From assembly GCA_965232515.1 (NCBI GenBank), contig CBDDPY010000002.1, positions 4,640,001-4,704,000 on the forward strand: a stretch of DNA of 64,000 nt. The letters are read 5' to 3'. Below the pieces are notes generated by a model that saw only the letters and a list, made by a program, of their open reading frames with translations, ran no database searches and was not told the DNA's origin. A program made the translations under genes and the position numbers. The first letter of the stretch is position 1. The number at the start of each line of letters is the position of its first letter. This DNA comes from Alphaproteobacteria bacterium (GTDB lineage Bacteria; Pseudomonadota; Alphaproteobacteria; GCA-2731375). Of the stretch, positions 38,611 to 47,800 are shown one piece after another.

Positions 38611-38654
38611 ATCAACATTTCCCGTTGGCTTTGATTGGCGGCCGCGAGGCCTGT

Positions 38655-40880
38655 TCAACTTCCGTCGCGGCGCACGAACACGAAGTCGCCGCCGTCGTGG
38701 CCCGAGAGCCGGATGTCGGAGTATTCCGGCGTCTGCGCGGCGTTCAACATCACCGGACGCCGGATGTTGAGGAACAGCTCGGTGCCGTCGATAAAGTCGG
38801 TGGTCGACTGAAGGGCGTCGATGAACGCCTTGGCGAACACGGAGTGATCGCCGCCGCCGCCGTCGACGACCGGTTCGAGGCCGCCTGATGTCAGCACCAC
38901 GCGCGCGCGTTTCTGCACCATCCGCTTGAGGTAGTCCGGGCTGCGCAGCGTCGGCTTCACGCTTCGCGTCAGGGTGCCGGAGTAGCAGCTGTCGACCACG
39001 AGCATGACATGCTTGGCGCTCATAGCTTTCAGGGTGTCGGTGATCGTCGCGTTCGACACCCAGCTCACCTGCGTGTCCGGCGAGGCGTCGACCGGCAGCC
39101 AGTAGCCGCGTTCCGACGAGTAGTCGAGGATGCCGTGACCCGCATAGTAGATCAGCAGGTTGTCGTCCTCGGTGAGCGTCTTTCGATAGTCGTCGAGGGC
39201 GATGATGATGTCGGCGCGGGTGGCGTTGCGCAGCAGCCGCACCTCGAAGCCGTAGCTGGATTTCAGCACCTGCGCGACGGATTCGGCGTCGCTGACGGCC
39301 GTCTTCAGTTTTGGCAGGTCCTTGTAATCGTTGTTGCCGATGACCAGCGCGTGATAGCTGCCCAGGGTCTGTAGAAGGGCAACCGTAGCGGCGGAGGGTG
39401 CTCCGGCAACCTCGTCAGCGGCGGTGTCGGGGGTTGACACGGCCGGCTCGGCGGCTGCGGTCTGCACCGGGGACTCGGGCTTGGGCTCCAGCAGGTCGGC
39501 GAAGACATAGCCGGTCTCGTTGTTCGGCAACGCCACCAGCAGCCAGTTGCTGCCTTTCACCCGACCCAGCACGGTGATCTCGCTGCCTCTGTCGATGCGG
39601 TCGACCTTGGTCGCCTCGGTGCCTGGCGCGGACCGGACGTTGGCATTGGCGACGGCCGTGTAGGCGGCCATGACGGGCTCGAACGCCGGCATAGGCTGCT
39701 CCGCGGCCGGTGCCGGCGTTACCGGGGCCGCGGGTGCCTCGCTCGGCGCGACGGCCGCGGTTTCAGTGGTCGTCGGCTCAGGCTCGGCTGCGGCCGGTTG
39801 GGCGGCCTCCGGCCGGTAGGTCGTGTCGACGTCGGATGGCGGGCGGTAGGCCGTATCGACCTGGGTCGAGGATTTTGTCGTCGGCGTCGCCGCCGCGACC
39901 GGTGCTGGCGTCGGGGCAGCGGCGGTGGCAGTGGGACGGTCGGCGGCGATGCGGCGTTCCACCGCAGCGATATCCGTCGACGAAATACGGTGACGCGTGC
40001 GGGCCATGCCGGCCCGCCCGGCCTCCTGGATCTCCTGCAAGCGGGCGCCGGTGGCTTTCCGGAACCAATAGAACGCTTCCTTGTAGTTCCGTTCGACGCC
40101 GCGGCCGCGTTCGTACAGCAGGGCGACATTGATCTGCGCCTTGCCCCAGCCCTGCTTGGCGGCCTTCAGATACCAGTCCGCGGCCGCCTGAAGGTTCCGG
40201 CGAACGCCGAGGCCCTGCTCGTAAGCGTAGCCGAGGTCGTTCTGCGCACGGGCGAAGCCCTGATCAGCGGCCTTGCGGAACCAGGTGATCGCCTTGGCCT
40301 GATCGCGCGGGACGGTGCGGTCGCCGCGTTGATAGATCAGGCCGATCTTGTATTCCGCCAACGGATAGCGCTGGTTGGCGGCAGGCTCGTACCAGCGCAA
40401 TGCCTGCTGCAGGTTACGCTCAACACCCCAGCCTTCCAGATACATTTCCGCCAAGTGGGTTTGCGAGCTGATGTCGCCCAGTTCGGCGCCACGGCGATAC
40501 CATTTCAACGCTTCACTATAGTTGCCGAGGTCGAACTGATAGGTGCCGCCGATGTTCGCGAAGGCGGCGGCGTAGTTCTTCTCGGCGGCGGCAAACAGAT
40601 ACGGCAGGCCCTCATCGCGCCGCTTCGCGCGCAGCAGCGCCCGTCCGAGCTGAAACTGGAAGCGAAGAACGTCGGGGTATTTGGCGACGGCGTCGCTGCA
40701 TGCCTGAATAGCCGCCCTCGCATTCATGACGTCCCATTGCACGCCCGGTACGACCCGGTTGCCATCGGCGGGATGGGCTGCGAGACGGTCACAGTCATTC
40801 GGCGGCGTGTCGGCCGTGGCCGAAGCCACGGATCCGAGTGCCAGGATGGCGACCAGACAGGCGGTTGCTGGCGCTTTCAT
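38655..40880 (-). CDS. Secreted Sel1-repeat + SH3 + caspase-family (C14) protein
   Basis: CDRLAAHP cap, multiple Sel1 repeats (AQNDLGYAYEQGLGV), ANVRSAPG SH3, YYAGHG/VDSCYSG dyad; ATG at 40880. Confidence 0.88.
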   Translation of the reverse strand: MKAPATACLVAILALGSVASATADTPPNDCDRLAAHPADGNRVVPGVQWDVMNARAAIQACSDAVAKYPDVLRFQFQLGRALLRAKRRDEGLPYLFAAAEKNYAAAFANIGGTYQFDLGNYSEALKWYRRGAELGDISSQTHLAEMYLEGWGVERNLQQALRWYEPAANQRYPLAEYKIGLIYQRGDRTVPRDQAKAITWFRKAADQGFARAQNDLGYAYEQGLGVRRNLQAAADWYLKAAKQGWGKAQINVALLYERGRGVERNYKEAFYWFRKATGARLQEIQEAGRAGMARTRHRISSTDIAAVERRIAADRPTATAAAPTPAPVAAATPTTKSSTQVDTAYRPPSDVDTTYRPEAAQPAAAEPEPTTTETAAVAPSEAPAAPVTPAPAAEQPMPAFEPVMAAYTAVANANVRSAPGTEATKVDRIDRGSEITVLGRVKGSNWLLVALPNNETGYVFADLLEPKPESPVQTAAAEPAVSTPDTAADEVAGAPSAATVALLQTLGSYHALVIGNNDYKDLPKLKTAVSDAESVAQVLKSSYGFEVRLLRNATRADIIIALDDYRKTLTEDDNLLIYYAGHGILDYSSERGYWLPVDASPDTQVSWVSNATITDTLKAMSAKHVMLVVDSCYSGTLTRSVKPTLRSPDYLKRMVQKRARVVLTSGGLEPVVDGGGGDHSVFAKAFIDALQSTTDFIDGTELFLNIRRPVMLNAAQTPEYSDIRLSGHDGGDFVFVRRDGS

Positions 40881-40953
40881 ACCCCTCTGTCCTCCCGAAC
40901 GTGTTGGGTGTTTGACGTTGATGGCGTGTGTCGGATCGATGCCGGTGAAGCGG

Positions 40954-41322
40954 TTACCAGGAACCGCCGCCGCCACCGCCACCGCCGCCACCGCCGCCGC
41001 CACCACCGCCGCCACCGCCGCCACCGCCGCCACCACCGCCACCGCCGTCACCGTCGCCGCCGCCGCCGATCAGGCCGCTGGAGGATCCGGTTGACGCCGA
41101 CGGGTTGTACGGCTGGGTGACGTTGTTGCCGGTGGGGATGGAGATCTGCATCGCGAGCAGCGTTGCCGGCGCGGCTGTCGTCGGCGAGGAATCGTTCGCT
41201 GGCGTGGGCGAAACACTGGCGTGGCTGGCGAACGAGATTGACGCCACGATGGCGGTGACCGCGCTGATCGCGGCGAGCTTCGTAGTTTTCACTTTAGCGA
41301 TCATCAGTTTGCGTCCTTTCAT
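40954..41322 (-). CDS. Small secreted glycine-rich protein
   Basis: Basic-hydrophobic signal ending SHA; C-terminal poly-Gly tract then SW*. Confidence 0.65.
   Translation of the reverse strand: MKGRKLMIAKVKTTKLAAISAVTAIVASISFASHASVSPTPANDSSPTTAAPATLLAMQISIPTGNNVTQPYNPSASTGSSSGLIGGGGDGDGGGGGGGGGGGGGGGGGGGGGGGGGGGGSW
40963..41067 (-). repeat. (GGC/GGT)n trinucleotide tract encoding poly-Gly
   Basis: 40963-41046 is 28 consecutive Gly codons, preceded by GGGGDGD. Confidence 0.95.
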
Positions 41323-41699
41323 CGGGGCTTGTTGCTAGCCGAAAATTGTCACATACGGCCTGGGACGACTGTGAAACGCCTCTCAGACGAGATGACGAGT
41401 CCGGTCGATCGGTCCATGCCGGAGAATTCGTTCCCCTCTTCATCCAACATATTGACGTCGGGCGAAAATCATGAAGTGTCGGATGACACAAACAGGTGCC
41501 CTAAATTGTCAAAATGTGGCCTTTGGCAGTCTATTACGGCCCGGCCGGAATGGAAACGGTCCTCGCCAACACCTCTGGCGTGAAAAAATCCAATGTAAAA
41601 TCCCGCCAACACTTTGTCTTTGCTTGTGTAGGATTGGCTTGGCTCTGCCCGAGGGCAGGTTCGCCGAACTGATTTTTTGCGATGGGAAGCGAAGCGATC

Positions 41700-43139
41700 A
41701 TGAGTGGCAGAGCAGATGGCCTTGTGCTTGTTGCGAAACGCGATTGTCCGACCTGCACGCTGATTCAGCCGATCTACAGCCAGCTTGCCGTCAGTGGCCT
41801 CGGCCTGACCGTCGTGAGCCAGGACGATCCGACGTTTCCAGGCAATATTGACGGCGTCATTGACGACCGGGAACTGTCGGAATCCTGGCATCTGAACATT
41901 GAAACGGTGCCGACCCTGCTGCGGTTCCGTGGCGGCGAGGAGGTCGGACGCGCGATCGGCTGGCATCGGGCGGAATGGGAGGCGCTGACGGGCCTGTCGA
42001 ATCTCGGTCCGGAACTGCCGGACTCCCGACCGGGATGCGGTTCGCGAAGCGTCGAGCCCGGCATGGCGGAAGAGTTGGCCGTGCGGTTCGGCGATGTGCC
42101 GATGAAGGCGCGGCGGATCGACGTCGTGATGCCGGAAGATCCGCACGAGGTCTGCCATGAGCGCGGTTGGAGCGACGGGCTGCCGGTCGTGCCCCCCACG
42201 CCGGCCCGGGTGCTCCGCATGCTGAACGGAACCAAGCGGCAGCCGGACGAGGTGATCGGGAACGTGCCGCCGAACCTGGCGCCGTGCACCGTCGAAAAGG
42301 TCGCCATCAACGCGGTCATGGCGGGTTGCAAGCCGGAGTATCTGCCGGTGGTGCTGGCGGTGGTCGAGGCGGCGCTGGAACCGGCTTTCTGCATGCACGG
42401 TCTGTTGTGCACGACCTATTTTTCCGGACCGCTGGTGATCGTGAACGGTCCGGTCGCCCGACGTATCGGCATGAATTCGGGCGTGAACGCGCTGGGGCAA
42501 GGCAACCGGGCCAACGCCACGATCGGACGTGCGCTGCAGCTTGTCATTCGCAACGTCGGTGGCGGCGTGCCGGGCGGCATCGACCGAGCCACGCTGGGCA
42601 CGCCCGGCAAATACACGTTCTGCTTCGCCGAGGACGAGTCGGACGCCGAATGGCAAAGCCTTGCGGTCGAGCGTGGTTTCCCGGCCGGCGCGTCAGCCGT
42701 GACGTTGTTCGCAGGCGATGGCGTTCTCGGCAACTTCGACCAACTGTCCCGAACGCCCGACTCGCTGACCCGCTCGCTCGCCATGTCGATGCAGGCGATC
42801 GGTCATCCGAAAAAGGTACAGGCGCACGATGCGCTGCTGGTGCTGTCGCCGGAACACTACCGGGTCTATGGCGAAGCCGGTTGGTCGAAGGAACGGATCA
42901 AGGATGAGCTGGCATCCGCCCTGACCCGGCCGGGACATGAACTGGTTCGCGGCGCGCACGGCGTGGCGGAAGGCATGCCGGAGGCGTTGGCCGATCGGAC
43001 GCTGACCAAGTTCCGGCCGGGCGGCCTGAACATCGTGCGCGCCGGTGGCGAGGCCGGTCTGATGTCAGCTATCATCGGCGGATGGGCCGCCACCGGCGAG
43101 CGCGGCAGCGAACTTGTCAGCAAGGAGGTGGGCAATTGA
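41700..43139 (+). CDS. Thioredoxin-like (CPTC) domain fused to the UGSC-associated partner domain
   Basis: KRDCPTC, ETVPTL, RPGCGS, GWSDGLPVVPPT, TVEKVAINAVMAGC, NRANATIGRA. Confidence 0.8.
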   Translation: MSGRADGLVLVAKRDCPTCTLIQPIYSQLAVSGLGLTVVSQDDPTFPGNIDGVIDDRELSESWHLNIETVPTLLRFRGGEEVGRAIGWHRAEWEALTGLSNLGPELPDSRPGCGSRSVEPGMAEELAVRFGDVPMKARRIDVVMPEDPHEVCHERGWSDGLPVVPPTPARVLRMLNGTKRQPDEVIGNVPPNLAPCTVEKVAINAVMAGCKPEYLPVVLAVVEAALEPAFCMHGLLCTTYFSGPLVIVNGPVARRIGMNSGVNALGQGNRANATIGRALQLVIRNVGGGVPGGIDRATLGTPGKYTFCFAEDESDAEWQSLAVERGFPAGASAVTLFAGDGVLGNFDQLSRTPDSLTRSLAMSMQAIGHPKKVQAHDALLVLSPEHYRVYGEAGWSKERIKDELASALTRPGHELVRGAHGVAEGMPEALADRTLTKFRPGGLNIVRAGGEAGLMSAIIGGWAATGERGSELVSKEVGN

Positions 43140-43666
43140 ACGAACGATTGACCATGTTGGATCCGACGGCGGAGCAAAGCCCGGTCAAGCGCCAGCGCCT
43201 GGCGCCGCCGGCGAGCTTATCGGGCCTGACGGTGGGCTTGCTCGATATCGGCAAGGCGCGCGGCGACGTCTTTATCGATCAACTCGATACGCGGCTGAGC
43301 GAGCACGGCCTGACGGTCCGGCGCTACGCCAAGCCGACGAACACGAAAGTAGCGCCGGTCGAACTGGCCCAAGCAATCGCCGCCGAATGCGATGTTGTCG
43401 TGGAGGCGCTGTCCGACTGAGGTTCATGTACCTCGTGCAGTTTGCATGACATCATGGATCTCGATGGACGCGGTATCCCTGGCGGCATGGTCGCGACAAC
43501 CGCCTTCGAGCAGGCGGCGCGAGCGCAAAGCGACGCACTGGGCTTCGAACCAGCGGTGGTCTATGTGCCGCACCCCATCCAGGATCGCAACGACGCCGAG
43601 ATCCGCGTGATCGCCGATGATGCGGTCGACGCCGTCTTGGAGATGATTTGCCGCTCGCCTGACTAG
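43136..43666 (+). CDS. UGSC family selenoprotein, 176 aa, Sec at TGA 43418-43420
   Basis: ORFs 43082-43420 and 43442-43666 share a frame and read VVEALSD-U-GSCTSCSLHD across the UGA; TTG start overlaps the upstream stop. Confidence 0.88.
43421..43460 (+). promoter_or_regulatory. Bacterial SECIS-like stem-loop
   Basis: ggttcatg (43421-43428)/catggatc (43453-43460) lower stem; tcgtgca (43433-43439)/tgcatga (43443-43449) upper stem; G at the start of the apical loop. Confidence 0.7.
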
Positions 43667-43789
43667 CCGCTTGTGACTGCATTGCTGGCCGGTTGGCTGC
43701 CGACCGGCCAGCAAGGTCGCCCCCAGGCGGCCAGACACAGCAAAGTCACAAATAGGTTCGTTGTCGCATCGGTGGGAAAACGCCTGAAT

Positions 43790-43895
43790 TGAGGCGGGGA
43801 AATCAGCCATTTCTCCTCTCTGTTGGCTGACGGAAATAGGCCCGCCCCTACCCCCAAGCAAGTCCTCCCAGACGTGCCGGGCGGGCCCTTTTTCC
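43790..43895 (+). ncRNA. Candidate sRNA with anti-Shine-Dalgarno loops and terminator
   Basis: Hairpin tcagcca/tggctga with CTCCTC loop; hairpin ggcccgccc/gggcgggcc enclosing TCCTCCC; followed by T5. Confidence 0.45.
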
Positions 43896-43928
43896 TCGCG
43901 ATCAATGAATGGGTCCGGCCGCTGCGGC

Positions 43929-44375
43929 TTATTCGCCGGGCGCTTTCCAGATGTAGTCGACGCAAACGAAGATCATGTTCACGGACTGATCGTTGGACGA
44001 CAGCGGCATGATCACGTCCTCGGCTTTCAACACGTCGTGCTTTGGTCCGACGTAGGGAATATCGCTGCTGAACGGCCGCTTCTCGTGAACGGTGCGTTCT
44101 AGGTTTTCCCAGATCTTGCTCGGCGATCTCTGATGCGGAATTTCGGACATTAGAAGGCCGGTATATTCAGCCGCCCAATAGTCATAGAAGAACGTGCCGA
44201 CCAGGCGATAGCGGAAGTCCAACGGCTCGTAGCTCACATCGAGCAGGATGATGTGCGGCAGGAAGGTGACCATCTCGACGGGGTCCAGATCCTTGCGTGA
44301 CGGCATGAACCGACCGGCCTTCTTCGACAGGTAATACTCGTAGGCTTGCCGGTTCTTTTCCGAGTTCAGGATCAT
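43929..44375 (-). CDS. Stand-alone PAS-domain protein (PAS_5-like)
   Basis: MPSRKDLDP, FRYRLVGT, IPYVGP, MPLS. Confidence 0.85.
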   Translation of the reverse strand: MILNSEKNRQAYEYYLSKKAGRFMPSRKDLDPVEMVTFLPHIILLDVSYEPLDFRYRLVGTFFYDYWAAEYTGLLMSEIPHQRSPSKIWENLERTVHEKRPFSSDIPYVGPKHDVLKAEDVIMPLSSNDQSVNMIFVCVDYIWKAPGE

Positions 44376-44806
44376 GAGGCTGTCGAGAAACGCGAGGAGC
44401 GGCGCAAATTAGGCTTTGCTGACATTTGCTGGCAACTCTAGCGCCATCATCTCCCCTGGTGCAGTGACGGATGCACGTCCAATAGACGCGAGGCATTCGC
44501 GTGTACGACGGTCGCGAATCGGCAGAAGTTGTGGCGTATTCATTTGAGGTATCCACAACGCGACATCAAAAAACCGATGATGTTTCACGGTATGCGAGCC
44601 GGATGTTGGGAGATTGCTGGTCTTGATTGCTGATTCTCTCGTCCGACCCATGCAATTGTCGTTATCGGCTTGCGCACAGACTTTCCTCCACCGAGACATG
44701 AACTCTGTTTGATGGGCTATGCCGTGCGAAGCGTAGTCCTACGGATATCATCATCTTGGATTTTGCATAAAGTTGTCACGTATTTCGGAATTGCGGTGGA
44801 GCAATA

Positions 44807-47800
44807 ATGATCCCGATGACTTGTGGGGGTTGTCGGCCTGCAGCGCGTTGGTTTCGTTTCGCGTATCGCCTCGCATCATGGTTAGCGCTTCCGTTGAACA
44901 GATCCGGTTGTATAGCGGCGGTTGAGCGAACCGAGGCACGGTCTCGGCGTTCCGTCCGAAACCTTCGCCGAGAACGAACGCGTCGCGGAACTGCGCTTGG
45001 CTTGGCCCGTGTCGGGTTGCCGGTACTCGTCGCCGCCACAACCCTTCAAACGAAACAGGTCGGGGCCGACGGCGTCGACCGTTTGGCACTGCCGCAGGGC
45101 GGCAAGGTGTCCGACGGGCAGGCGGACATTCAGTACGACGGCAAGGCCCGATTGAATGTCCGTCAGCACAGCGATCGCGCAGTTATCGATTGGCAGTCGT
45201 TTGATATCGGCGCGGGCGCGCATACCCGGTTCAGCCAGCCGAATGCCGGCTCGATCGCGGTCAACCGTGTCTCCAATGGCGATCCCTCGCGGATCCTGGG
45301 CCGGCTCTCGGCCAACGGCCGGGTGATGATCCTCAATCCGAACGGCGTCGTGTTCGGGCGCGGTGCGCGGATCGACGTCGGCGGCATCGTGGCCAGCACC
45401 GGATCGATCGACCGCTCGGCGTTCATGGCCGGCGCGCCGGTCCTGGGGTTCCGGGATCTGGGCGGCGGCGCCGTGGTCAACGAAGGCGAGATCAGCGTTC
45501 GCGACGGCGGGCTTGCGGCATTCGTCGCGCCGGTGGTTGAAAATTCAGGCGTCATCCGCGCCCGATCGGGCCGCATTGCGCTCGCCGGCGGCCGCGCCGC
45601 GTTTACGCTCGACCTCTATGGCGACCGATTGGTGAATTTTGCCGTCGCCGACCCGACCGGTGGCCAGGTCGACAATCCAGGCCGGCTGATGGCGGAAGGC
45701 GGGATCGTTGAGTTGTCGGCGGCTGAAGCGAGCGATGTTGTCGGCAGCGTGATCAACACCAGCGGCGTGGTGTCGGTGGCATCTGTTCACGTCGATGGCG
45801 GTGCGATCGTTCTCGCCGGCGCCAACGACTCGACCCTGACGGTGGCTGGCGAACTGTCGGCGGGCGGTCGGAATGGCGGCCGCATCGATATCGATGGCGG
45901 TCAGGTGGAGATCGCCGCGGGTGCGGCACTGGACGCGTCAGGTGTCAGCAACGATGGCGGCAGGATCAACGTCTGGTCGACGTCCGCGACGATCGTGGAT
46001 GGTGATTTGTCGGCCCGGGGAACGGGGGCGGGCGCAGGTGGTTTCGTTGAGACGTCCAGTGCCGGTGATCTCAGTGTCGGCGAGACGGTTGCCGTCGATG
46101 TCAGCGCGGAGATTGGCAGATCCGGAACCTGGTTGCTGGATCCGGATAGCCTGATCGTTGCAACGGCAGGCAGTGGCGACCTTGTAGGGCCGGCGACCGG
46201 CAGCCACACGGTCGCGGCAAATGCCGTGGTTGCGGCGCTGGCGACTGGCAACGTGACGCTGGCGGCCAACACGCTGATCCAGATCGATGCGCTGATCGAT
46301 GCCAGCGCACAGGCCAACGACCATACGCTGGCGTTGAACGATCAGAACGCAGACGGCGATTTGACCGTGACGCTCAATGAGCAGATCCGACTTGCCGCCG
46401 GACAGCAGCTCGTCGGCCAGGCGTCGCAGGTAAACGTGTCGACGGCGGCTCTTATCCAGAACGGCGTGGATGTCGCGGCTGCTGGCGCCACACTTGCGTT
46501 GGCGGCCGGCACGTTCTTCGATCCCGACACAATCGTGATCGGCCAAGACTTGACACTGCAGGGCCAGGGCGCGGAGGCAACGACCGTCAGCGGCGGCAAT
46601 GCTTTCGGCGTTTTCCGAGTAACCGGCGGAACGGTTTCGCTAAACGATCTTGCCGTTGTTGACGGCCTGGCGACATCCGGCGGCGGCATCCACGTCTCGG
46701 GACCAGCGGCCCTGGAGCTGAATAACAGCCGAATTGCCGCCAATGCCGCGACGCTTGACGGCGGCGGCATCTTTAATGACGGCGGAACGGTCGATGTCGT
46801 CAACACGACGATCTCGGAGAACACAGCCGGCGACGAGGGCGGCGGCCTATTCAGCGTTCGCGGCGACGTGAGCGTGACAGGCTCGTTGGTCGAAGGTAAC
46901 AGCGCCGCCGACCATGGTGGCGGCCTGCGCATTCAGTCCGGGACGCTCGATGTCATCGACACGGAAGTCTCGGGCAACGAGTCGACTGACGAGGACGGTG
47001 GCGGTATCGCGGGGTTGGGCGCGACAATGACCATCGTATCGAGCACGATTACCGGCAATGTCAGCCTCGATAATGCCGGCGGTATTGAGAACACCGGCGG
47101 CAGTCTGGAGATCGACAACAGTACGATTTCGAACAACACGGCCACGACGGACGACGGCGGCGGTATCAGCACGAATACGCGCCGCACATTCGCCGCGCCT
47201 GTGACGACGATCAGAAACAGCACGATCTCGGGCAATACGGCCGGCGGAAATGGTGGCGGCCTGTTCGCCGAGGGTCGTACTGGCATCGATGTGGACGTCT
47301 CGATATCGAGCAGCACGATTTCCGGTAACGAGGCCGGTGACGAAGGCGGTGGCATCCAGCTTCTTGGCCGACCCGGAACGGCGGGCCAACTTGCCATATC
47401 GAACAGCACGCTAACCGGCAACGTTGCCGTCGACCGCGGCGGCGCGATCGATACCCGTCAATCCGAACTGCAGGTCAACAACAGTATCGTCGCCGGCAAC
47501 ACCGCCGCCGAATTCAACGAGCTCGGACAGACGTCGAGCGTTGCCGTTATCTCCAACACCTTCAATCTGATCGGCGAGAATGGCGACGCCGGCGGATTTC
47601 CGGCCGCTGGAAGCGGAAACACTGTGTTGACCGGTTCGATCGACACCGTTCTTGGCCCCCTGGCCGACAACGGGGGGCAGACGTTTACCCACGCCCTAGC
47701 GTTCGACAGTCCCGCCATCGACACGGCCGATCCAGCGTTCGCCGCGCCACCGGACACCGATCAACGCGGCTTTCAGCGCGTGTTTGGCGGCGGTTTGGAT

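Noticed and set aside
40881-41051. Ala/Val-rich N-terminal extension of the 798-aa ORF
   Set aside because: It is an alternate-frame reading of the poly-Gly tract; ATG 40880 gives a proper signal peptide
24900-43666. In-frame TGAs as pseudogene lesions or genome-wide UGA reassignment
   Set aside because: Both TGAs sit at catalytic Cys-equivalent positions with 3' hairpins, while many other genes end normally at TGA
44409-44423. CtrA box upstream of the third PAS gene
   Set aside because: TTAG-N7-TGAC has too many mismatches
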